Shown here: one piece after another, positions 11,850-24,385 of the stretch
Layout: the number at the start of each line of letters is the position of its first letter
How positions within the stretch are numbered: position 1 is the first letter of the stretch
Translations under genes and position numbers: made by a program
Notes under the pieces: model-generated
What the model was told of the DNA's origin: nothing
The model's input: the letters and a program-made list of their open reading frames with translations, nothing else
The model's database searches: none
Assembly: GCA_030704615.1 (NCBI GenBank)
Contig: CM060733.1
Location: 62,248,001-62,312,000 of the forward strand
Origin: Takakia lepidozioides
Taxonomy: Eukaryota > Plantae > Bryophyta
Direction of reading: 5' to 3'
Length of the DNA stretch: 64,000 bases

Positions 11850-13500
11850 CCGGATGGAAATTCGGCGCCGAATTTCCACCCAGCAGGTAAGTGCAATCCC
11901 GGATGGATGGAAATCCGGCGCCGAATTTCCATCCAGCAGGTAAGCGAAATCCCGGATCGATCGAAATCCGGCGCCGCATATCCATCCTGCAGGTAATTCG
12001 AATCCCGGATGGATGGAAATTCGGCGCCGAATTTCCATCCAGCAGGTAAGTTGAATCCTGGATGGATGGAAATCCGGCGCCGAATTTCCATCCAGCAGGT
12101 AAGCGAAATCCCGGATCGATCGAAATCCGGCGCCGCATATCCATCCTGCAGGTAATTCGAATCCCGGATGGATGGAAATTCGGCGCCGAATTTCCATCCA
12201 GCAGGTAAGTTGAATCCCGGATGGATGGAAATCCGGCGCCGAATTTCCATCCAGCAGGTAAGTCGGATCGCTGGCGTATGGATATTCGGCGCCGAATTTC
12301 CATTCGCCAGGTATTTCATCGCTGAGAATTACCTTCCTGCAGGTAATTCTCAGCGATGAATTACCTTCCTGCAGGTAATTGTTATCGACGAAGGTAGGAA
12401 GGTAATTCCTCGCTCAGAATTACCTGCAGGAAGGTAATTCATCGCTGAGAATTACCTACAGGAAGGTAATTCATCGATCAGAATTACCTGCAGGAAGGTA
12501 ATTCTCAGCGATGAAATACCTGCAGGATGGAAATTCGGCGCCGGATTTCGATCCATCCGGGATTCCAGTAACCTGCTGGATGGAAATGCGGCGCCGAATT
12601 TCCATCCATCCGGGATTCCACTTACCTGCTGGATGGAAATCCGGCGCCGAATTTCCATCCATCCGAGATTCCACTTACCTGCTGGATGGAAATCCGGCAC
12701 CGAATTTCCATCCATCCGGGATTCGAATTACCTGCAGGATGGAAATTCGGCGCCGAATTTCCATCCATCCGGGATTCCACTTACCTGCTGGATGGAAATC
12801 CGGCGCCGAATTTCCATCCATCTGGGATTCGAATTACCTGCAGGATGGAAATTCGGCGCCGGATTTCCATCCATCCGGGATTCCACTTACCTGCAGGATG
12901 GAAATCCGGTGCCGGATCTCCATCCATCCGCTCTCCGACCAACCTTGCGGATGGAAATCCGGTGCCGAATTTCCATCCATCCGCTCTTCGAATTACTTGC
13001 ATGACGGAAATTTTGCGCGCCGACCTAGCTAGCGGATGGAAATCCGGCGCCGGATTTCCATCCATCCGCTCTTCGAATTACCTGCATGACTGGAAAAATG
13101 GCGCCGAATTTCCGATTTTGGTGCAAGTCAGATCTGGGACTTAGCCATTTTCAGCCCCGAAATGGAAAAATGGCGCCAAAATTATTTAAAAAAAAAAAAA
13201 AAAACAAAACGCCATTTTTCCATGTCGGGCCCGAAAACGGCTAAGTCCCAGATCTGACTGGCACCCAAAATCCGGAAATTCGGCGCCATTTTTCCAGTCA
13301 TGCAGGTAATTCGAAGTGCGGATGGATGGAAATCTGGCACCGGATTCTCATCCATCCGCTCTTCGAATTACCTGCATGACGGAAATTTTGCGCGCCGACT
13401 TACCTGGTGGATGGAAATCCGGCGCCGGATTTCCATCCATCCGCTCTTCGAATTACCTGCATGACTGGAAAAATGGCGCCGAATTTCCGATTTTGGTGCC
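11850..13500. repeat. Array of 30-bp perfect palindromes GGATGGAAATTCGGCGCCGAATTTCCATCC in ~58-bp units, itself arranged as a large inverted repeat centred near 12415
   Basis: 12011-12040 is a perfect palindrome. 12308-12350 is the reverse complement of 12480-12522. Identical spurious peptides appear on both strands. Confidence 0.95.
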
Positions 13501-14860
13501 AGTCAGATCTGGGACTTAGCCATTTTCGGCCCCGAAATGGAAAAATGGCGCCGAAAAAAAAAAAAAAAAAAAAAAAAAAACGCCATTTTTCCAGTTCGGG
13601 GCCGAAAACGGCTAAGTCCCAGATCTGACTGGCACCCAAAATCGGAAATTCGGCGCCATTTTTCCATTTCTGGGCCCAGTCAGATCTGGGACTTAGCCAT
13701 TTTCGGCCCCGAACTGGATAAATCGCGCCGAAAAAAAAAAAAAAAAAAAAAAAAAACGATATTTTTCCAGTTCGGGGCCGAAAACGGCTAAGTCCCAGAT
13801 CTGACTGGCACCCAAAATCGGAAATTCGGCGCCATTTTTCCAGTTCTGGGCCCAGTCAGATCTGGGACTTAGCCATTTTCGGCCCCGAACAGGAAAAATG
13901 GAAGTTGAAGACTCCCACAAGCTGAAACCATACTCCACACATGCACTACTTGCTTCCTTAACACCCGAGCTCTTCTTGAACTCCTCAAACCCTGCAACAC
14001 TTGCAGAACAAGAGCTTCTTCACAAGCTCTCAAACTTTCAATGATGCTCTTCTTGAAGACCTCCTCTTGTACATAAACACCACAAGACTTTCTTCTTGCA
14101 AACCCTGCAACAGCTTGTAACTTAAGAGCTATCTATCAAGCTCTCTTCCACACACAAGTGTTAACTATGCTAACACCTTGCACTTATAGATGTAAGCAGG
14201 TCTTCTTCTAGTGATACGGAAATGGTGAAAAGAGGAGAAACCATTCTATCACGTTATATAAGTCAACCCAATGGCACCTTTGCTAAAAGACTCCACCATA
14301 CAGACCTCACCCACTCTCCATCTCAAGTACTAGAGCGACTTCAATTGGCTCAACTTTTGTTTGACCACATGTTTTTTGAAAGCAGAGGCATAGCCAGTGG
14401 GTACTTTCAGGGCCGAAAATGGCTAAGTCCCTAGGGTGGCTGGCACCAAAATCGGAAATTCGGCGCCATTTTTCCAGTTCCGGGCCCAGTCAGATCTGGG
14501 ACTTAGCCATTTCAGGCCCCGAACTGGTAAAATGGCACCGAAAAAAAAAAAAAAAAAAAAAAAAAACGCCATTGTTCTAGTTCGGGGCCTAAAATGGCTA
14601 AGTCCCAGATCTGACTGGCACCAAAATCGGAAATTCGGCGCCATTTTTCCAATTCCGGGCCTAGTCAGATCTGGGACTTAGCCATTTTCGGCAAGTAAAT
14701 GCAATAAAATGTTGCATTTCAAGTCCACTGGTGCCACATTCCAACTTCACATGACCCTATTTCCGTGCCTCCTAACCCTATTTCCGTGGACTTACAAAGG
14801 TCTGCTCATGTTTTTTTTTTTTCCGCTCATGCTCATGCCGCTCATGAAATAGCAGCCCCC
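13090..14860. mobile_element. MULE copy A right subterminal region (GTCAGATCTGGGACTTAGCCATTTT repeats with poly-A tracts) and TIR ...CTCATGAAATAGCAGCCCCC
   Basis: Direct and inverted repeats. TIR ends at 14860 and is followed by TGCAGGGG (TSD). An unrelated ~500 bp insert lies at ~13900-14400. Confidence 0.85.
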
Positions 14861-15216
14861 TGCAGGGGGAATTGAGAAGCAATGATACTGGGCGACACTC
14901 AGAACACAGACCACGATGCATGCACAACATCACGCTAATGAACAAAATAGACAAGGCAACAGGGAGACCAAAGACCATCACACATACACATAGAAGGTGG
15001 ACGGACACGACGACAAGTCAGGAAATGGAATATTGCATTCAAATTGGAGACCGTCACGGCACACCTGCATATGAGCAAGACTAAATGCCAACATACATGG
15101 TTGCCGGACATCACTTAAATTGTCATGGCCCAAATGTACAAAACTGGTAACGTGAGTATCATACACACTTCTATGAGTATCATTACACACCCAACAGGGA
15201 CTACAAACATGAAATG

Positions 15217-16694
15217 TCACTTGATACCTTCACCCCTCCTCATACTCTTCTCTGGCCACAGAGTCACCGTGCCTTTCACGTGCGCTAGTGTGGTCTGGGG
15301 GGGGGGGGCATCGTCCACATTTGGGCAAGGCAGTGTAACACTTGGAAGCATGATCTCGTGGACTTTCACCTTGTACCACCCGGATGGAATGTCCTTGCAG
15401 TGGAACTTGTCAACCCTGGCTATTCCCACCACTTCCGCCTTGGCGGCGGCTGTCTTTGACCGCTTGTCATGGGGGCTCAGGAGAAACACAGGATCTGATA
15501 TCTGCAGACACCAACATCAGGGTCCACTCAGTAACAAACATAGCAATGACAGGGTGAAAGTCAAGCGCAGCTGGGCATGGAAACGAACTTGGTTGCCACA
15601 ATACTGAATCAGCAGCAAATTCATGGTGTACCAACCAACCTTGAAGCGAAGCTCGTCGCTGAGGGTGGCAACTGAGGAAAGCTGCCCACGTGTCTTCAAC
15701 TGCAGCAGCAAAAAGAGGTTTAGTCAGACGGATAAGAATAACATGAACTCTGGTGGTTGCAATGGTATAAACACACCTCCACGGAGCAAGCTAACTTACA
15801 CCCTGCTCAGACCGTGCACACTACAACCTCCTGGCAAAAATAACCCTACTAAAAACCAGCCAGGCAAAGCAAGGAGCCATGAATGCATGCCTGGGGAACC
15901 ACGTCCTGCTGCGATGATGGTGCCGGGGACAGCCCACTCCTCTTGCTCACCTGCAATGAATACACATTGCAACGCTTCAGGAAGTGTATCCATAAAGGAA
16001 ACCAACCAAGTAAGTTTGCGGAGAGGGGCTGGGAACAACCATACCTTGGAGCCTGCCTCCTCATGCCGGGGGGGGAATCCGGAATGTTGCCGCCATAGCA
16101 CTATGGTCCTTGGCGCAGGACCCACCTTCTTCACAGACGACCCCACTGCCACTCCCTGTACATGTGGTCCCTGCAAAACATATAGTGCCAGCCTTGCGTG
16201 AGAGGGCATCCGGGGGGAACAAAACAAACATATCTTTTGGGTTCGATGTCATGTTGCAAACAGTAAGGTTAGTTTCACCTGCATGGGCGCAGAAGTACTT
16301 CCCCCAACGACCCCATCCTCTCCCACATTCAAGCTGCCAGTCGGGGTCAGCTTCCGCGTGCTTGTGAAGACACGCACATCCTTGGAGCAAAACAAATCTT
16401 GGCAGTAGGGCCAGACTGTTTCTAAAAGGTACTTTGAATCGGGCCCCTCACTGACATTGCCAGTGACATCAAACGACAATGGATGGACCATGTTCAAAGG
16501 GGAGTTCCCCCTCCCCTTGTGTGGTGAATCATCCACTAGGAGGGTGTTGGATTCGTTAAATCCAGAAAATTCCGACCACACCCTCGATAGTCTCTTCTGT
16601 AAGTTCTGTACGGCAGGCCCTTTTGTGGGGTGTGGCTCTGTCAAGGGGTCACACTCCTCTTGTGACCACACAAAGAGGGGAGAACCCTTGACCC
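15217..16694 (-). pseudogene. TE-associated multi-exon gene remnant: NIF/FCP1-like (HAD CTD-phosphatase) domain plus C-terminal En/Spm Tnp1-like domain; 5' part cut off by an LTR
   Basis: 16249-16671 has WSQEEC..KRLSRVW..SNTLLVDDSPHK..N..HP (NIF-like). 15217-15489 has FHCKDIPSGWYKVKVHEI..LPCP..LWP, typical of plant transposon C-terminal domains. Confidence 0.6.
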
Positions 16695-17400
16695 TGTCGC
16701 GCGGCTTTTACTCACCCATCCCTTCGCTATCCGAGGCGGAAACTCCAAGATAGAAGAGTTGGAAATCTCTAAGTACTCAGCCCGCTCAGAACAATCAGTC
16801 ATGACCTACAGCTAGTGTATCATGGGGGTGTTTCCTATTTGTTTTCCTTTCCGCATTCATGTTAGCTAGTTACCTTACTGCTGGTAATTAAGTATCAGTT
16901 TGCTTCATCAATTTATCGGATTCCATCAACTCATCCATTCATTCCACAGCTTCACTCAGATCTCTCTACACAGTGTGAGTATGAAGTGTGTATCAGATTA
17001 ATATCTATCAAGTATCAGGCTGAAGCCATGGAGTCTCTAATCTGCTCTACATTACAATTCTACTGCCTGCATTCATTAAGCATCAACAGATCCTCCTCCT
17101 ACTCCCTGCTCTCCATCTTCCTGCTCAGAGATATGCTCTCTCCTCCTTTCTCCCAGTGATGTCCGAAGTCTCCCCCAGAAGTGCTCCTTCCCACTCCTTC
17201 CAGCAGTGATTCCCCCCCCCCCGAAGTGCTCCAAGAATGATCCCCCTTTCAGTGCTTGCTTCTAGCTTTATCTTCCTACCCGTTGTTCTAACCGTTTCCC
17301 TCACTAACCGTCGTCCGTGAACTAACATGTTCCATTCGCAGGTGTTGTTCCCCACAGTCGTTCCCTGTCCGGCTATCCGTTCCCTATGGTCGTGACAACT
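16695..17400 (-). repeat. Gypsy 3' LTR (minus strand; ends ...AAAAGCCGCGCGACA); inner boundary approximate
   Basis: Reverse-complement homologue of ~23760-24385. The TG at 16695 interrupts the NIF-like ORF. Confidence 0.75.
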
Positions 17401-17560
17401 GTGTCAAGCTGTGACTGGTTGTGTGAAACTATGACGGGCTGTGACGGGCTGTGTTGGCTGTGATGGGCTGTGTCGGCTGTGACGAGCTGTGTCTGGCTGT
17501 GTCGGCTGTGTCGGCTGTGTTGGCTGTGACGGGCTGTGTTGGCTGTGTCGGCTGTGTTGT
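17400..17560. repeat. GCTGTG-based short tandem repeat in Gypsy 3' region
   Basis: 9-10 bp units such as gctgtgacgg, gctgtgttg and gctgtgtcg. Confidence 0.9.
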
Positions 17561-17705
17561 AAGCGCTTGCAAGCAAAATTAGTGAATGCCCTGAACTCCT
17601 TATCCGTATAGGTGAGAGGTGTGCCAATGACTTTGGAACAGTGTAAGTATTTCCAGGCTTCATGTCCCTTAAAGAAAATATCCTCAGGGCCGAATTTCTG
17701 TGTTG

Positions 17706-20700
17706 TCAAATTGTTCCAAACCGAATTAAACCATGAACGAAGTTGGAATCCTTCTGCATCATAACTTTTGCATCATATAGGTATATATGAGGTGGCACTG
17801 AAGGTAAGACCCAATGATCCCCATTGGAATAACTCAGAAATCGTGATTGCATCTTCTGCTGCTCAATGTGATAACGTGCAAGAAAACAAGCAACATAGTA
17901 TAATCCACAGCCCATGACAATACTAGATACCTCCTTGGTCTTGGTATAGATGTACCTATGTACAACCTGGAAGGCAATTAATTCCTTAAGTATGGTACCT
18001 GCCTCAGACCAGTACCTCACAAAGTGATGATCCTCAATGGGTCGATTGTTCAGAAGAACCTTAGTCCGAGTTGCCACCGGCAACCAAATGCGCATGAATT
18101 GGTAGTAATGTGCCAACGACTGCGGAGGACTAAATTCCTTCCAAGCCAAATCCAGCACAATGGGAATTTGGTTGAAGGGCATAATCATAGCCCGACTATA
18201 CTCCCGTGCAGCAGGAGTAAAGCAACATCTCCCCATACCTCAGGCTGTGGTTTGGCTGTAGTAGCAACAGGGTCAGCTACCTGCACAGGCACTTGCTGTG
18301 GTATTGGTACCACTGGCCCTTCTACCACTGGCATCTCCTGCACCCCCTGCGAAGAAGACTGAAAAATTAGAGTCCTGGCATGTAAATAAGTAGCCATCAG
18401 CTGCCCCTCAGGAACAAAGACTCTCTTGTCAATATTTGAACTCAGGTCATCCACTTGAGTCTGCAGGCCTTCCACATCCTCCTGTAGCTCCGCTATCCTA
18501 CTATAGACATTGTCTATAGTAATTGTGGCAATGTTCTTCACCTGCAATCTGAGCTCATTCATCTCGCCCTGGGTGAGCTTCCGTGGTGCTTTGCCTTCTA
18601 CCGGCCCTTGTGCTAACCAGACCTGCATAAGGTGATTATCCACCAAGTCCTGTGTGGCACCCCTGAGAGTCTGCTCCTCCATGAATCTGTACAGATCTAA
18701 CTGCTGTTGTAAAGCCTTCATGCACTTTGCATGAGGTTCAACCAGGCCCGCATAGGCAGCAGCCAGATTATTGGCTTCCTTCCAAGCCTTGTTAGCCACA
18801 GAGAGTTCATTTCTATTGACCATGACTGTTTGTTGCAACTCCAGGATGTACTTCTCCCGGTCAGCCTCAACCTGTCTGTACTGTTGGAAAGTATTCTCAT
18901 TGCGATAGATTGTAGCCTGCAAATCAACAATGAGTTTCCCTTGCTCTATGATCTCAGCTTCTGCCATCATACATCTCTCCCCTTGTCTGTTAACTTCTAA
19001 TGCAGTTTGCTCTAGAGCAGTTGTGAGTGTAGCACATTGTATGGTCATCCTCTGATGTACTGCCTCCAACTCTGTATGTAGTACATTCACTTCTTGCAAT
19101 TTGCCCTCATGCTTCACCTCCAATTGGTATAACTGTTGCTTATGTGCTTCATGCAATTGGTCCTGCTCGAGACCTGCTTCAATCAAATGTCCCTTGGCCA
19201 ACTGCAAGGCAGCCTTTGTGTCCTCCAACTCTTGCTGTAACTTGAGATTGACCTCTTCATCTACCTTGTTAGCACGCTCAGTGGCAATTCGAGCCTCAAA
19301 CTCCTTCCTGAGTTCCTCCCTCAAAGCTGCCAATTGGGTAGATGGAACATGGGATTTCACATAGGTGCCCAACAAATTAAGTGTCCTGCTTATGGAACTC
19401 ATAAGCATGGCCTGCTGGGGGTCATCATGGTGAACTTGCTGCTGTTCTCCCTGATCCTCCACAGTGTGATGCTTCACCAACCATTCAGGCCATTGCCCCA
19501 CCAGATCCTCTTCCTGAACCACCTCATCCTCCACAGGTGCTGCAGTGTCCTTATATTCTACCCCTGGTACCTCTGTCACAGGTGTGGGTATTACATGCAC
19601 AGCAAGGTTTTCCCTGGACAAACTCTACACCTCTGGAACCACTGATTCCCTTACCAAGCCAGAGTTTTCATAGAGAAGGTCACCCTTCTCAATTTCGGCC
19701 ACGACCTGCTCTGTAGTGGGAATGTCCAACCTTTCTCCGTCCAGAACAATTGGGGGTGGTGTCACAGCATGTTCTAACTGTGGAACCTCTGAGACAACTG
19801 AGTCAACTGGCTGTGATGGCAGTGGTACCGAAGTGACTTCTTCCTCCCTCTCCGAAGGTTGTGCTTCCAATAATAACAGCCCTCTGTGCTGCTGTGCCCC
19901 ATCCTGCACAAGAGCTTGGGAAACATCATCTTGCGGTTTCCGTGAAGCCAGTGGATCCGCCACTACAGTCATACCCCGCTTCTGTCTCATAGATTGGTGT
20001 TGCCCTACCAGTCCACCCTCACTATGTGAAGAGCCCTGCTCTTCAATTGCAATGGTTACTGCCTCAAACACTCCCATCTCCTTACATTTCCGAGTATCAA
20101 GTATGCAAGAGTCAAGAATGATTTGGGCAATGACTGGACCAGACACAATGATCGGAGACTTAGCAACAGTGCCCTATAACCTCTTCATCTCTTCCACCAG
20201 ACCATTGTACATTAACTCTGCCCAAGCTACATCCTCTCCCCTCAAAGCTTTTAGGATCTCCTCTGTGAATGACCTGCTCAAATATTGTTGGTTCTGTTTC
20301 ATGGCAAACAGAACGTTCAATATTTGGCCAACTTCTCTGAGCCCTGGATACTCGGCTTTGGTACAAGCGTAACCTTGAGTCTTAAAGAAACTCCCTTCTT
20401 GGAACAAATTCCCTATCTGCAATCTTGCCCTGTGCTCATCCACATCCACATGACCCGATGGCAAATAAAACAATTGCTGCAAGTACTGGGGAGTGATTTC
20501 TATATCTACTCCCCTCACCTGGGTAACTCCTGTCCGAGGCTCAAAGTTTTGAAGAAATTGAATCATATACTGTCGATGATGCAAGGACCAGTCCTTGCGT
20601 AGCAGCCCCTCCAATCGCAACTCCCTCAGCAGCTGCACTGCCTGCGGTGTAGCAATTGTTTGCTTCTGCATAATCGTGGTGCTCTTCACCCTGATATCCT

Positions 20701-20845
20701 CCATTCCCTTCACTCTCTTCATTCTGGACAAACAAAAAGACCTTGTTTGAAACAGCTGAAGGAAAGCTTGCAGGGCACAGAGCATAAAGGTATGGTTGGC
20801 ACAGAATGGAACAGGTAATTGCGTGTAAGCCTGTGGGGCTTGCAA
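17706..20845 (-). pseudogene. Extra 3' ORF of Gypsy (env-like/aORF position): plant-transposon-protein-like N-terminal domain + long coiled coil; disrupted
   Basis: Consecutive same-strand ORFs 20174-20845 (QFLQNF..VRGVDIEITPQYLQQLFYLP), 19625-20146, 18185-19621 (E/Q/L/A-rich heptads) and 17706-18236, lying between integrase and the 3' LTR. Confidence 0.7.
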
Positions 20846-21504
20846 GTATCGAGTGAGAGAAAATGTACTCTCAATTCATCCGTCCTTGCGCCACTGCGTG
20901 AGAAGTAAAGTGAGAGTGTAATCCGTTACATCCGCCATAGCTACAAAGCTAGTGCTTTGATTGCCCCTCCCGTCGAGACACAGGCTATTCGGAGCCACCC
21001 CGACTCTTCTGCTCATAACACTTCCAATTTCTTGTTCTTGTTTCTTGGAGGGAACCACCTGCATGAAATTCTCACTCCTGATTGGCTGTTGCCTGTTTAG
21101 GTAACTTCTTAATTCCACCCCCCTCCGTGGACATTCCCACCTGGAATGTCCAGTAGGACAGCACATGTGGCATAAGTCCCTCTTTTCTGTACTCGGAAAG
21201 GGTTCCGTTACCCTTGCCCTGAATGCATTAATGGGCCCACAAATAGTCTTAGCTGATGTACCGGGTAGGTACTTTGACGGCCCGATTTGTCCTCTTGCAT
21301 GATGAGACCCACTCTTGCAATTTATGCAGTGCGGTGTGCTTCGCCTTAGTGGCCACGTGTCCGTTTTTAGACATGCCCCCGACTTCCCCTCTCCGCATGG
21401 CATATTCTCCGAGTTTGATTTCCAAACTTCTTCTTCACTTGACGACCACTTTTTTGACGTTAACCCGCGTCCACCTATCCATGACCCAATGGATTGTGTA
21501 ACCC

Positions 21505-21740
21505 GCATGGGCTGTGTTGGGCTGTGACAGGCTGTGTCTAACTAAGGTGAACTGTGATAGGCTGTGTGACACTGTGATGGGCTGTGATAGGCCGTGTCAC
21601 GCTGTGATGGGCTGTGATAGGCTGTGTCACGCTGTGTTGGGCTGTGATAGGCTGTGTCATGCTGTGATGGGCTATGATAGGCTGTGTCACGCTGTGTTGG
21701 GCTGTGATAGGCTGTGTGGCACAGTGATGGGCTGTGATAT
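21505..21740. repeat. 30-bp tandem repeat (GCTGTGATGGGCTGTGATAGGCTGTGTCAC) downstream of integrase
   Basis: About 7-8 near-identical units. Confidence 0.95.
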
Positions 21741-23553
21741 CTATGCGAACACCTGTACTTCCCGCCCTGATCATACACGCTCGGCTTAGCGACAAGTGCT
21801 CCATACTCCGTTGGTATCACTGGCGCAGCCCGTGACTGTTTTTGTGTTTCAACATGCAAATCGTGCTGCAATGGTTTGTCATGGATACCACTGTATCCCT
21901 TCAACTTATTGGCATTGACTCTCCCTAGCATTTCTTTGTTAATGGTTTGTAACATGGCAGTGTTATTATCATACATCTTCTGTATGACATAAGGTCCTTT
22001 CCATGGTGATTTAAGCTTAGAAGCTTTAATCTTCCTCTTCTTCTGCAACCACAGTACCAAATCTCCCGTCTTAAAAGTCTTTAATTTACCTTCATCAAAC
22101 TGATCCTTCCTCTTCATCTGAATTATGGTCATGTTATCAGCTGCATCAGCACGTACTTCTTCCACATGGTATAATTCATGTTTCCTGACCTTAATTGAAT
22201 CTTCCAATTCCACTCTCCTTCCCCATTCAGTTCTCATGGTAGGTAACAAGAATTCCACTGGAAGTAAAGCTTCCATACCATAAACTAATTGGAATGGTGT
22301 ATACTTAGTGGTGACTTTATATGAAGTCATGTATGACCACAAAGCTGTCAGCAGCTTTGTATCCCAATCTGTTCTGTTTGCATTAACTATCTTAGCCAAG
22401 ATAGTACATAGTATTTTGTTGGTAGCCTCTGCCTGCCCATTACCCTAGGGTAATAAGTTGTACTCTTCTTATGCACAATCATGAACTCTTTAGTCAATAG
22501 TTCAATGGTCTCATTAATGAAGTGACTTCCCTGGTCATTGATAAATTCGAGGGGACAGCCAAATCGTGTAAGTATGTTCTCATACAGGAACCTTGCTGTG
22601 GACTTAGCTGTGTTGTCCCTCAGAGCTTTAGCTTCCATCCACTTTGTAGTATAATCAGTGGCTGTGATTATATACTTGTTCTGTATATTCTTGGCTGGTG
22701 GGTTAATTGGTCCAACAAAGTCTAGTCCCCATTTCTGAAATGGTTCAGTAGGCATCGTAGGATGCAAAACCATCTTCCCATATCTCCGCAATGGTCCTAG
22801 CCTCTGGCACTCATCACAACTCTTACAATACTTGTGTACATCCTTGAACAAAGTAGGCCACCAGTAACCTCTCCTTCCACTTATCAAAGGTTTGTTCACC
22901 AGATATATCAGAGCCTGGTGATCCACATAAAACATAAACTTCCTTCCCAATAGGTGATGCCTGAATTTCTTGACTGCATAAATCATTGCCAGTGCTTCTC
23001 TTTCAGTTGTGCTATAGTTCCTTTCAGCACTGTTCATCAACCTGCTAGCATAGTACACAGGTGAATCTATATTTCCTGTAACATTTTGGGCTAACACTGC
23101 TCCCAACGCTTCTCCTGAGGCATCATAGTGAACATGAAATACTACATGCCCGTGAGGGTTAATCAGCACAGGTGTAGTTGTTACTGACAATGTAAGTTCC
23201 TCAAAAGCCTGTTGACATTCAGCTATCCATGCAAACACTGCATCTTTATTTAGAAGCTTGCTCAATGGTGCTGCTATCTGTGCATACCGTCTGACAAATC
23301 TTCTGTAATAACTGGTTTGTCCAAGAAATCTCTTTAGACTCTTAACATTTACTGGTGGTGGAGAGGCTTTAATGGCCTCTGTCTTTCTGGGATCCACAAG
23401 AAGTCCCCTCTTACACACAATGTGTCCCAAAAGCATCCCTGAGTTCACACAGAAAGTACACTTCTCTGGATTCAGGCCCAGACCTCTCATCGTGCATCTG
23501 GCCAAACATAACTCCAATTTATGCAAGTGCTCATTCTTAGAGCTGTACACACT
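21542..23553 (-). mobile_element. Ty3/Gypsy fragment G2: RT thumb, RNase H, integrase with GPY motif; internal deletion near 22870
   Basis: Motifs: YASR..NYSTTEREALA, WGLDFVGP, DQGSHF, SPWKGPY. ISGR is joined directly to GYWW, whereas copy G5 keeps the intervening sequence. Confidence 0.95.
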
Positions 23554-24385
23554 TGTTAGAGGGCTGCTTGGGACTTAGACGCTTTTATGGGTTCTGTGGG
23601 GTACCCTTAATTTTTCCGCAGACTGAGACCAACAGGAGTCTTAGGGGTAGCAGGAGCAGGCTTTAGGGGGGTTACACAGCCCGACACAACTTCGCACAGC
23701 CAGTCACAGCCCGACACAGCTTCACACAGCCCGACACAGCTTTACACAGCCAGTCACAGTACATGGGGAACAATTATCATTGATAGGGAACGACTGTGAG
23801 GGAACGACATCTGCAGAGGGAACGTGTTACTTCAGGGGTGACGGTTAGTTAGTTAGGTGGTTAGAACAGCTTGCGGGTAGATTAAGAGAGCGGCGACGGG
23901 AAGGGGATCACTTCTGGAGGAGGGCGACTTGTTGAAGGGAGGAAAAGACGTAACGGAGAGCGGGAAACAGTGAGGAGGAGATGATGACTTGAATGAGGCT
24001 TAGTTCATGCAAGCTGTAGAATTATACAGTAGGATAGAATAGAGACACCATGGCATAGGCATGATACATGATTAATCTTAATCCGATACTGAATCGATAC
24101 AAACATACTGTGTAGAGAGACACGAGAGAAGCTGTGGAATGAATGCATGATTAACTGGAACTTAGTAGATACTGAAGCAATCTGATGCTTCAGTATACAC
24201 GATAAGGTAAATTGATAACATGAAGGCAGGAAGGAATACAAATAGGAAGCATAACCATGATTCACTAGCTGCAGGTCATGACTCATTGTTCTGAGCGGGC
24301 TGAGTGCTTAAAGATATCCAACTATTCTATCTTGGAGTTTCCACCTCGGATAGCGAAGGGATGGGTGAGTAAAAGCCGCTCGACA
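23554..24385 (+). repeat. LTR-like segment (TG...CA, ~830 bp) of the same Gypsy family, opposite orientation to G2, without matching TSD
   Basis: Starts TGTTAGAG where RT is cut and ends GCCGCTCGACA. Homologous to rc of 16695-17400. Flanks are ACACT and GTTCC. Confidence 0.7.

Noticed and set aside
11687-13791. Many ORFs with MEIRRRIS/GNSAPNF repeats or poly-K/F
   Set aside because: These are translations of palindromic arrays and poly-A tracts, open in several frames on both strands. The same applies to 3776-4457, 33909-35900, 49306-50309 and 52621-53799.
13900-14400. Gene or identifiable LTR within the MULE subterminal region
   Set aside because: No credible ORF, termini or second copy in the window, so it is left unclassified.
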